Shown: positions 52,601 to 64,000 of the stretch, one piece after another
How positions within the stretch are numbered: the first letter of the stretch is position 1
Layout of the letters: every line of letters starts with the position of its first letter
NCBI RefSeq assembly: GCF_964204865.1
Contig: NC_135259.1
Span: 5,208,001-5,272,000, forward strand
Reading direction: 5' to 3'
Source of the DNA: Styela clava
Taxonomy: Eukaryota
Length of the DNA: 64,000 nucleotides
The notes under the pieces: model-generated
Seen by the model: the letters and a program-made list of their open reading frames with translations, nothing else
Databases searched by the model: none
What the model was told of the DNA's origin: nothing
Made by a program: the position numbers and the translations under genes

Positions 52601-55600
52601 AACCCCGATAACTTGCTTACTTCACAGCTGGCACAGTTCGTTCCACACATTCATTCCTAGTTATAACTTAACGTACTGACGAAGCACACGTTACCCTCAA
52701 TGTAGATTACGCCGCTAAGAGTTGACGAGTTATGGTTTATATGGCTAACTTCCTATTCATTCTTTCCTATAAGTTGACTTACACTAATATTAGAATTCAA
52801 CTCGGCCATTCATAGTCTGGATATAACAATTCGTAGAAAAAGCCTGCTTGATTGAAAATTGGCAGTCGTTAAGTTATTGTCTGTAACTAAGATCGACCAG
52901 CAATAAAACTACGTTCAACTGAAGCGATTAAGAGCTGATCAAGTCAGGCAAATCGTAAAAACTTGGCGAAAATTTGTTTGGTGAAAATCAACGTTTTCAG
53001 TTTTTGTTGAAATTTCCACCAAAAGAGTATTTTGCGCTCCTATATTGATTCACATATAAGATGCAATTTAGTATAGTTTTTCCATGATTTTTTGCATGGT
53101 GCTCATAGCCTTGCATATTGTTTACGCAATATAGACTTTGAAAATGCGATAAAGCTTGAGTATGCTTTCGTTTAACGCAAGCTCAGTCAACTAGCCATGC
53201 GTAGAGAACGCTTTAAGATTGTAATTATGGATAGCTTCTTCAAAAACTAACCATCTGTTTGAAATGTGACTCTGAAACCATGCTATACCTAAGAATCACT
53301 TCAGCTTTAGGTAAAATAAAATTTAAAATTATACGTCTATTCTAGGTAATTCTGTGCTAAGCCTGATTTCTTGATTGTCAACAAAATATGGCATATCCGG
53401 AATAATACGAGATACGAAATACGTTGAAGTTTCTTGAGTACGGAATTTTAAACTGCTAAATATACACTCATGTTGTATTTTTATAACTTTTTGTGAAGCT
53501 AAAATCTTACTGAAGTCAGCGAAATACGATCCAAATACAAACACGAGGTCAAATTTTCCTTGAACAATTTCGCATAAGATAACTGCTATCTAAACTTTAT
53601 AGCTGTCACGTAAAATAATATCCCAATAATGCTTTTTTGAGTTCACCATTTTCACGTAGAATATGTAGATATATTGCTAATTAACATTCCATGCCCCATA
53701 ACAATAAGTGCGCCGGGAATCAATGCTTTGAGTTCTTAGATCTGATAATTTTGACCCTGGCTGGACTTTCATATCTAAGCTACGCATCTCAAGAGACTGA
53801 TCATAATAGACAACTTCGGAATGTTGACCTCAAATGCCAGACAACCAACACATCGAATGAAAAGATGTCACTTGGAGAAGTCTTTATATGCAAGAGTTGC
53901 CTTTTTCATTGAAGCATTTTTTTATAAGGGAACAAAGAATATATAATTTCAGTTAGCGTTATACGCTGTAATTTTAGAACCTAAAGTTAACGTTGCTTAT
54001 ATAGTGAAAATTTATACAAATAATGTGACCAGACAAAAATAGGTCTGTTTCCACAATTGGCTATATTCGGACGAATAAGATCGAACTCTAATGTAGCTTA
54101 GTGGTATTATTTCTAAAGAATAAAATGGCAAAAATGAGGATTAATAAAACACATGACGGCATATACCGCACTTATCTTATTTGTCATCATTTTCCCTTGC
54201 GGATTGCCACCTTCATTCGTAGTGTAATGCATACTACTACCTAATCCTTACTGCTAAGAAATTTCAAAAATTACAATGAATTTTCCCAGAAAACAAAGCA
54301 AGTCTATTGATTGCAGGACATTAAGAATTGAATATATTACAAACTGTAATGTACCCAAGTGACTTCTAATACTGTATACATCGCCGTGTAATTTTACAAG
54401 GAAAACCATGACATCGACAATCCATATTCTCATCAGCGTTTTGATACGCTGTGGGCTGCGGTATGAATCAAATTGGCAACTATTCAACATTATGCCTACC
54501 GGCGATTTGCAATTGATGATTTTATCGCATTAAAATTAAATTCGACGTCGATGGCTAGTAGTATTGTTAGGCTATCTAGCATAGTAGCTGAAATTTTCTC
54601 ATCGTTGAACAGTATTGCGCAGAAGACTATCTTATCCGATACACAATTTAAGTTCAATTTGTCGTATTTTAAATAGACATTGATCCTCTTGCGATACGAC
54701 CTACTCACTCTTCATAGATTTTTTTCGGACGTTTAAATTTGCCGGGCCAGTAATTGAGTATCTAGCACAAAAGGTAAAATTTTATTAGGCTATTTGATTG
54801 TGGAAATTTACTCAGCAACAAGATGTATGATTTTAGTTTGAATCCTTGCTATACTTATACAAATATGTGGTATTCAGAAATGTTGACTTCTGATACAATT
54901 GTAAAAATTGGTGGTTCTTTCCAACTCATCATTTTAAAAGTTAAAATCGTCTTCCAGTAGCAAAGTCAGTGTAGTAAAGGCAGTGCCCTTCAACTGAACA
55001 AAAAAAAACTTCAAAAACCTATTTAATATTCAATATTGACATGTTATTATTTATTATATTTAGCCTTTACATAACAAAACTGAAAAAGAATAATAGGAAA
55101 TTCTGTATATTTTTCCAACGTTGTTTTTTGGTATCAATTCATAAAATAGATTGCCCATGCATGATTCGAATCACGAGACAGTTCTATAATTTCCTTACCC
55201 CGAAGACAGTTTAAGTTTTAATCACGTTCGCTCACGTTGTTTTCGCGATACCAGCAATATCAACTTAGGAAAAGACAACTATAATTCGAGTTCACATTAC
55301 ACTGTGATCGTACTATAAACCACCTGATATTCACGGCTCATATAATCATTCAAAGATGACACATTTAACTTGAATTGCATAACTTTTTCGCTGGATATCG
55401 TTCTTTGTTTGGGTTTGCAATCAGGTTCATTTTCTCGACACAATTTTAGAGAGACTAAATGCCTGAATAGCTAAATCACATAAATATAATAAATCAACTT
55501 TGACATTGACTGACTCCGTTCTTCTGATGAATCACCATGGATGTAACAAAATGCCCATTTGTTCAATTTAAGCTCAAATTCGAACCCAAGCCAAAAGTCG

Positions 55601-57739
55601 GGTCGACAACTCTACGATTCCTTGTCAATCTAAGAGCATTGTGGCTTTTTTTAAGCTAGTGGGAATCGGTGTGATTTGCTAATTTGCTTTATTCATTGTT
55701 ATTAAACTGACACATGCAATGAAGAGGGTTCATTTAATTAAAAACTAAAAAAAATATAATACATTGCAAATCAATGCAATATTCAATAAATCAAAAAAGC
55801 AATATACGTGAATAACTATATAGATAAAATAAGATATATTATGATATCATAAGTTAATCAGAATATAATTCCAGTTGACTATAACATACACATCGCGACA
55901 ACTTATACGACTACTATTAATGGCGGTGCTCTCGAACATAGGAAACTTTTAAATTGCTCTGTTGAAAGTTGACATAAATTAAAACATGGGGGAAATCCCG
56001 CAATATCACAAAATGCTAATTTGTATTTATACTGAGACTAAAAATGATATTTTCAAGGCAGGAAAATAAACAAGGTGGGTTTTCTCTGTGGCACAATACC
56101 TGATTCTTAATCGAAACATTTTATTTTTTATTTTTCTAGCCGTTATTTACTTATTTGCAAACCGCTACTGATATTTAAAACTGACTGATTTTTGCCATTC
56201 CGTCTCACATGATGACGTGTTAGTATCAAATCCCACGTTTATGGTCTAAAAATGAGTCAGCACGGTGTACGTCACATGATAATGCGGTAATAAAAATAAC
56301 GTCATGCATGACGTCACAGTGAATTTCTCTTTTGGCTTGAGAGACTTTGTACCGTTGCGTAGTTCATAAACCCACAAAAAATGTTTATGAAATTTGCTTG
56401 CTGTTTTTAAATTTGGGTACCTCAATATTCCGAAAAGTATAGTATTTACTCTACTAATATGATGCTTTAAATTTATTTTTGCGGATCAATGAACAAAACT
56501 GCGTTCTATAAGCAGTTTGGTGTTTTATTCTCAATATGATTTAAGTCACCATAATGAATCAATATCCGAAGTCAATCATTCACGCTAGACATATTAAAAA
56601 CAATTTTCAGTAAGCTCTTTAATCCATCATTATTTTTCATTATCATCGCATATTTTTTTGATAAAAACTTCCCACGATCCTATAAGGTAAATCATGCTTT
56701 GACAAAAAAAGCGTGCACAAACGACACCGCAAGACTTATTGCCGTCTCATGCTTGTATGTTTGTAGGCCTACAGTTGAATAATTTTTCACTCTTATTCAT
56801 TTTTGTTTGTTATAGATATATCAGAATGTCATTGTATATAAATAGGTCATTATAATATCTTCAAAGAAAACGATTTGAACACAACGTGATGCAAAATAAT
56901 TCATTATGTGAAAATAATTCTTTGTTAATTAGCGTGACGGTATACTGCTTTTCTACGTTTTCGGGGTATGACCGAAACAAAATCCCCAGTTGATAAATTT
57001 AATTTTGGTTCTTATAATCTTAAATATGAGGAGGTAAGACCATACCAAACCCGACTTTAGTAACTATAGCTATAAAAACGAGTTTTTTGTCTATTCCGCT
57101 TCGATTCATATTATTGTAATTTGCAGTAAAATAGCAGGCGAATAAAGCTCGAAAAATGTCATTGCAAGGGGTTGCTTAATAGTTGGATCATTAAATTCAT
57201 CAAATTCAAATCATTGAATTGTTGTGTCGTTAGCTTTACAATGAGTTACAAATTGGATCATTCTGCAGATCATACTCAAAAATCAGCATCAGAAATCATA
57301 CAAAAACTAAGTATTGTTTCCGAGAACTAGCAGAAGCAATATTGCACAAAATAATAGGAATATACAATGTTGATTTTGGAACAACAGAAAATTGATTCAA
57401 TTACAGAGAAAATACAAAATTTGAAACGCACAGAATTCTTAAATCAACGCCGTGAATTAGTTAGGAAATCACATAGTAAGCAGAAATGAGGTGAAAATCA
57501 CAATAAACATTAAATTTAAAATCATAAATTCTTAGAACAAATACATTCCAAATGAATAAAAAGTCAGATATGTGATTGCTACTTGGCTCAGTTGGCTGCA
57601 TGAATTAAAATTAATAGGATTTCTATAAAGCCTTTTTTAAGGAAGCAAAACAAAGTGATCCGGCAGGACACGGTCAAAACTAAATGCAAATATAAACATC
57701 GTTTGCCTTCACGCAGATTATAATACAGTGTCGATTAAA

Positions 57740-60504
57740 TCAGCGTCTTTCCGCAAAAACCTTATATGGGTTAGGGCGCAAGGTAAACATATTATATCCT
57801 TTTATATCAACTTCATCTGGCCGATCAAGAATAAAGTGATAACGTTGAAATAGCGTTGCGGTGATGAGAAATAATTCCATTATCGCTAGCTGTTGTCCAA
57901 GGCATTGTCGAGCTCCGATCGAGAATGGAATTACGTTAGGGGATTTAATGAATTTTCCGTCTGCGGTAATATGGCGCCCTGGATCAAACTTTTCTGAATC
58001 TCCCCAAACCGATTTGTCATGGTGGATCCTAAAGATGTTGGAAACTACGATTGAACCTTTTGGAATATTGTAGCCCAGAATAGTATCTTCTTTAGCAGCA
58101 ACATGAGGAATCCCAACCGGAGCAACAGGTCGAATTCGTAATGTTTCCTTTAAAAATAAAGCAAGACAAAACATAAAAAAATCTTGGGAAATTATGTCAA
58201 TTATGAAGACTAACAATGTGATACAATGTATTAATGTTATCAAATGCTGTCCCGTGCATTAAAAGCAAAAGTCATGTTCGGTTCCGGTGCTGCAAATTTT
58301 TGAGATAAACATGTACACATATACAAAAAATCTGGTGTTGATTTATATTTACCGTTTAATGTTTCTGTAAAATAAAACTATCAGCTAGCAAAGCAGTTGG
58401 GTGGACAGATGCATTTTCGATACCAGTCATCTTTATCACCCACTAGACGCACAGCGTACGCAGATGCGTATAACATCAACTTTTTACAAGTTAAAATACT
58501 ATTGTTTTGTGATAAATTGTAAAGAAATTGAAGAAAATAAGACAAGTAATTTTTTTTTAATAATTATCAGCAGCAAATCTTTTCACCTGGATCACGGCCC
58601 TGGTGTATGGCATCTTCTCTGATTTTGCTACACTTGCACGGCAGTCTTCTCCTAAAACGAGATCAATCTCTCGATGCATGTGAGATTGAATCTCGGGATT
58701 AAGTGTGACGTATAACATCAACCAACAAAATGTAGTAGATGACGTTTCAGATCCAGCAAGAAAAAGATCACGAACTAGTTTTATCAACTGATCGTGCACA
58801 AAACTTGTTTCCGTCTCAACAAATCTGTGGTCTGAGCCTGATATACAAAATACTGCGTAAGTGAAAATGTGCACGCGGTGGACACACTTCTGCAATCAGA
58901 TTTGTAAACCAAGAAGCATATTTTTGAACTGAAAGCAATCTGCATTTTCCAATTGCGTGCGGTCATTCACTAATTATGATAATATTTCTATGGCATTTAT
59001 GCGTGAGGCCACTTAGTGTTTGGGATGAAATAAAAATACAATTCAGTTTAAATAAATCCATTATTATGTCAATATGCCACAATAAATACACGGTAATTGT
59101 TATTCGCACTGCCAACATCAGATTTGTAAGTTTTGCTATTTGTGATACTGATTCATTCATACAGATCGAACAGGGATTAATTGATAACGAAATAAAAATG
59201 ATGTTTACCTGCCGAATACGAGTGCCGTCTTGCACGATTCGTTGTTTCCATCTCGTTCAGAAAACAATCTATGACATCACGAGGTTCAAACTTATCTCTC
59301 GATTTTCTGTGTTCTTCAATTTGCACTTTGATTTCCCGACACATGCTGTTGTTATAGTCATCTGATATTTTGTATCCAAAAGAAAACGGGGGAATATACT
59401 GAGAACAAAGAACAAATGAATATCAATTTCAGCATTGAATTAGCGATGTTGAAGAACCATTATTACAAGAAAACACGCAAAAACGACATAAAGTGTTTTA
59501 TTTTTTCCATAATAAGCTTATACGTTTTGAACAAAAATCCCAACAAATTATAGATTTTCTTGTATTCGTGTATGACGATATAGTTTTATGCTAATGATTG
59601 TTTTGAAATTGAATTACTAACTTTCAAGACAGGGACGAGGAAGATCAATCCGGTAAACTTATCGTAGGGGGTTCCTTCAATCAGAATTTTCAGCAGCCTT
59701 TTAAATTCTTCATTTTCTTCAGACAAGTTTTTGTTGAATACAAGCTTAGAAATAACACTTGATACTGATTCATAAACAGCGGGTTCAATGCTAAACGCTT
59801 CTTCTCTCACACAATACTCTTCTACGCGTTCACAAATGTGCTCGCATTTTTCCAAGATTGCTGGTTCTATACTACGCCTCCCCATGCCAAAGTCACGTAA
59901 AGCTGCTAGTCCAAAACGACGCTGCTCTTTAAGTTTATTTGTATTGTTGATAAAAAGAATTCCGTTGTCTCCGAGTAAGGGAGGCACGGAATTCATCAAC
60001 CTATCTGAAAATATTTCACTCTTTTTTACAAACGCTTCGTGAACTGCTTCAATGCTACCGAGAAGTATAAAATTTCTGCTTCCCAGTTTTACTTGACAAA
60101 CCGGACCATATTTTTCGTTCCAATTGTACATTACTCTTTCAGAATGAAAGTTGAGTGACGGAAGACTCCCAATAAACGGCCATCCTTTAGGGCCTAAAAC
60201 AGAACAATAATTACAATTTTACAATGCCCCACTAACACATATGATTGCTTCACGACAAAACATCAGAAATTGTACATCTGAGCATTTGTAAATTTAAAGT
60301 AATATTGAGCACGAATGCACCCTCGCATGCGTAATGTATAAGAAATATATAAATAAAATTACCAGGAGGCGGGTTAGTCATCATCTTTTCTCGATGTTTT
60401 ATTAAAGAAATATAAAATGCAACTATGATCACAAGGATGGCGAATGACTGTGGGCTAACGTATTGTTTCAACATGAAAAAACTCCAAAACTCGACTTCGT
60501 CCAT
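57740..60504 (-). CDS. Cytochrome P450, CYP2 clan, 520 aa; exons 60504-60363, 60193-59622, 59398-59209, 58837-58587, 58147-57740
   Basis: N-terminal anchor with PPPGPKGWPFIG hinge, QRRFGLAALRDFGMG, I-helix DLFLAGSETSSTT, ETLR, FDPGRH, and heme motif FSIGARQCLG. 1563 nt in frame. Confidence 0.93.
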
Positions 60505-62406
60505 ATCAGTAGATTAAATAGCTTTTAATAATCTGATATATTTACGATGAAACCTGATGGAAAGTAGAAGAAAATGGTTTTGGGTTTACAATGACTAGAC
60601 AAGTTCAGCTCTGATGAGACTGTTAAATGGATTTGACAGTGCTATTGCAGTGTCTGTTGCGCTATTGTTGACGCACAATCATGGTTGAAAGGAAAAAAAC
60701 ACTAATCAAAATGTTAGGTAGTTTAATATAAAAATACTCAACTATGTGACATGCTTATGTAATGATTATAACTTGCATGAACCACGGTCATAGATTACAT
60801 CTAACTGTTATCTAAATACAAGATACACTAAGTAAATGAATGCTTATTCAGTTACGCGATCGTCTTAGACATACAATAAATCAGTTTGGAAGTGGCACGT
60901 TTGCATTGTTCAAACACTTCTTTTGTTGAAACATTGAATTCAATGTTTAAGCTCGAACACGAAACTACAACATCCACATTGAATTTCCAAAGTAAGCCTG
61001 AGACTTGAATTAGACTGATTAATTTTGATGTCTTTACATATATCGTATCAGTAGTCAGTCAGTATCCCCCGTAACGTTGAAACTTACAATACAGCCTACA
61101 TCGGTCTCTTCGTTTATAATTCTGATATAGCATCTGTAATATTACCAAAATATAAATTTCACAATATGGAATTTATAATCTTCAGGCACATATAAAACGA
61201 AATTCAACCTACGAGCATCAATATCATCAATATCGCCACAGTCCGAGAATACAAAGAGCTATTGTAAACAGATAGATTTTGTGGATCACAGCCCGTTTGG
61301 AGATCTTGATGTATCAGAAGCAGATGCTATTGATGGCCCAAATATGGCATGTCATGAAATTTCTTTCTAGCTAATAATTAACAGAGAAAGTTATTTGAAG
61401 AGAAAGTATTTGCCTGAATATGCCCACAATACGCCCCCAACAGTTAGAAACTAACTAAAGATTGAGGTTACTACCGAACGTATGACATAATGACTGAAAT
61501 TATGAATCGTCGCTCTTCTGCAATAAGCAGCAATCAGACGTGGCTAATTTAGAACGAGATGTGCTTGCACATTGAATTAATATTTATAACCACTGAAATG
61601 TCATGGTTGAATCGAGTTGAGTCATAATAATTTTCGTTAGAAGTCCCTAGAACAGCAAAAAATTTAAATGGTTATAATAAAATCACTTCACTGTGTGTTG
61701 GTTAGTGTCTTCTCAAATTTCTCGATCATTGATGAATGGTTAACCGATAATTTAGTTAAGTTTTTGATGCGTTCCGAAATCGGATATACGGCTAATATAA
61801 TGTAGATGGCTTCTGCTGTACGAAATTGACATTTTCCCCATAATTTAATAGGTAAACGTGCTTCTTTCTAATGTCTCATGCTCCTTATTGCATAAAACTT
61901 CAACTTTAAAAATAATACAAGTGATGTAACAAACAAGAATATATTTACAGTACTTATCGTATTGGTATATTCTATGCTTGTTTAATGTCAAAGTCCAAAC
62001 GATAAGCAAATAGGAAAGTTGTTTCTTATGATTCTTCAGACACGGTCCAAGTTAACTGTTGAAGACTTTCTACGCTATGAGACTGTTTATTTCAAATGAG
62101 AGACCCCAGTTGAACGATTTCATTCGAAATTTACGATAACTTAAATGGTTATAAGTATATTTTAAAATAAATAAAAAATGAATAATAGCAATTAAAAATC
62201 AATGATAATATGTTCAATAAAGTTAATATTAAAAATGTGTAACATAAAAAGCAGATAACTGGTATTTTAAAAACTTATAACAATTATATCATATCAATTA
62301 ATTATTAATTACTTCATCGGAATCTTGGAACGACAAAAAATTTTGTTCAACAAAAAATGCTTACTATAGCAAAGCCCAGATCAACATGTTAGGTTATTTT
62401 TGGGCG

Positions 62407-62511
62407 CTCCCGAAGTATGTGCACCAAGATGGCGCACAACCTGAACCCTGACCTGAACCTGAACATACTATGTTCAGGTTGTGCGCCATCTTGGTGTACA
62501 TACTTCTGGAG
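62407..62511. repeat. Near-perfect ~105-bp hairpin (probable palindromic MITE)
   Basis: CTCCCGAAGTATGTGCACCAAGATGGCGCACAACCTGAAC ... GTTCAGGTTGTGCGCCATCTTGGTGTACATACTTCTGGAG. Arms are ~40 bp with 2 mismatches. Confidence 0.85.
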
Positions 62512-63787
62512 GTCGTAATTTTGTATGTTGAGCTTGATATATTAATTCTTATGTTTATAATCTTACGACAGACAAGTGTTTGAATTGGACTATTGCATTT
62601 TTTTTTACCAAAAGTGTTTGTTCATTTTGACTTTTTTTGACATTGAGCATTTAAAAATGATAACAAAAATAAAAAATTTAAAAAAGTCAAGTTACGCAAA
62701 AAGAAATACAATATAAATATGTTTTACAAATTGTATAATATTTATCGTGTTTATTCATACTAACGCAGCGGCACCCAATCTTTTCGAGACCTTTTTTCTT
62801 TTGAATATTTTGAAACTTCATTTTTTCATTCTCAAAACCCATGTGTTCATGGATATATATCACAATTAATTAAGTCAAAAATATTGATAAAACTACACAC
62901 AAATACAAGTAAAATGTCCGATAGGAAAGGCTTTGCTAAGGTATAATAATCACATTATATGACTCCCTTTGGAAAGCGCTTTATGAATGAACAGCAAGAT
63001 ATTTCTCATACTGCTCAAGTACTTATCATAATTTAAAAAAGTCTCTTCGATAATAATATATCAGGAGATGCATTATCGAGTCAAACGCTTACATATTAGA
63101 TATATAATAAAATAATATATATCATTTTAATCGCACAATGGCCCACTCAACTCCCATTGTCGCATATGTCTATTGAAATAAGTATTCGATTAATAATCCT
63201 AATTAGGCCTAATTCTGAAGAATTCGATATGAATTAGTCATACCATTAATATCCTGGATATTAGAGTTGTAAATTAAAAAAAAAACATACATGTCGTTAA
63301 ATTATTAGAAATTATATTGTATTGCAGTCCTTGTTCATAAGAGGAAAAATAAATTGATTTAGATGTTACATAAATCAAAGTTCAGCTGTGAAGTCAGGTA
63401 AAATTAACAATAGACTTCGACCCCCGAATCCTGACAGAAAAATTTTTTGATTCCTACTTTGGCTCCGACTTACCGAAGAAATCCAATTTTGATAAAAAAT
63501 ACTTTGGTATATGCAATCTTTCTTTAATGTAATATTTTGAACGCTTAGTCAAAGGTTTAATCTGGAGTTTCTAAAATTTTGTTTAATTATTGCCAGGAAA
63601 TGACTGAAATTTTGTATCCAACTCTCGACTCCGTAATAATCAACTCCGGACTTCAAAATATATAAATTATAAATATACGACGCCTAATCCAATAAAATCA
63701 TAACAAACTCTGACTCCCGGTTTCGACTTCTCAGTCATATTTTAAATCAAACTTAAGTATATGAAACTACATTGTTAGGTTTCACAA

Positions 63788-63937
63788 ATGAAACTAAGAG
63801 TGTTATCAAATGACTCAATGTTCATCATTCCTTTGTCCATTTGTTCTGTTTTTCTGATCATCATCACAACATTCGTTTTTGCTTCATCAGATGCTGGGAA
63901 ATTTGAAAACCATGGTAACGACACATTTTTACCTGTA
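63788..63937 (+). CDS. Probable first coding exon of a secreted or membrane protein (continues beyond window)
   Basis: MKLRVL...FIIPLSICSVFLIIITTFVFASS resembles a signal peptide, followed by an N-glycosylation sequon (NDT). Possible donor GTTAG at ~63938. Confidence 0.4.
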
Positions 63938-64000
63938 GTTAGCAAGATTGTATCGTTCTGTAAATTGGAAAAATATGGGCTATCAAATTAGAACATTTAA

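Noticed and set aside
51200-57700. Short ORFs between the GPCR and the CYP (e.g. 54254-54708)
   Set aside because: No domain motifs or consistent exon chain; treated as intergenic.
57861-60042. + strand ORFs at 57861, 58401, 58976 and 59788
   Set aside because: Antisense shadows of CYP exons and introns.

Overview
AT-rich, intron-containing animal DNA. An LDLa-only LGR-type GPCR, a CYP2-clan P450 and (CCGGTA)n tracts suggest an ascidian (Styela-like); this is inference. Most ORF-track entries are exon fragments or shadow ORFs. Left two-thirds: an array of an uncharacterised 3-exon GNAT-fold N-acyltransferase family (~257-263 aa, both introns phase 2) in three diverged types. A is at 867-2866 (-), B at 11158-12270 and 20306-21414 (+), and C at 34045-36377 (+), with two further C copies that lost their native first exon, plus many pseudogene fragments. 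Every C-terminus present ends in a peroxisomal-signal-like tripeptide (ANL/SNL/AHL). B and C lie in a triplicated 8.8-11 kb unit (9906-38786) that also copied the last exon of the neighbouring receptor. Right third: a ~17-exon LDLa-repeat GPCR with no leucine-rich repeats (37962-~49650, -), a complete 5-exon CYP2-like P450 (57740-60504, -) and the probable first exon of a secreted or membrane protein. Two hAT-type non-autonomous transposons have clean TIRs and 8-bp TSDs. Best candidate novel system: an expanding, putatively peroxisomal GNAT acyltransferase family showing exon/promoter capture and reciprocal degeneration between units, next to a P450 and an orphan GPCR.
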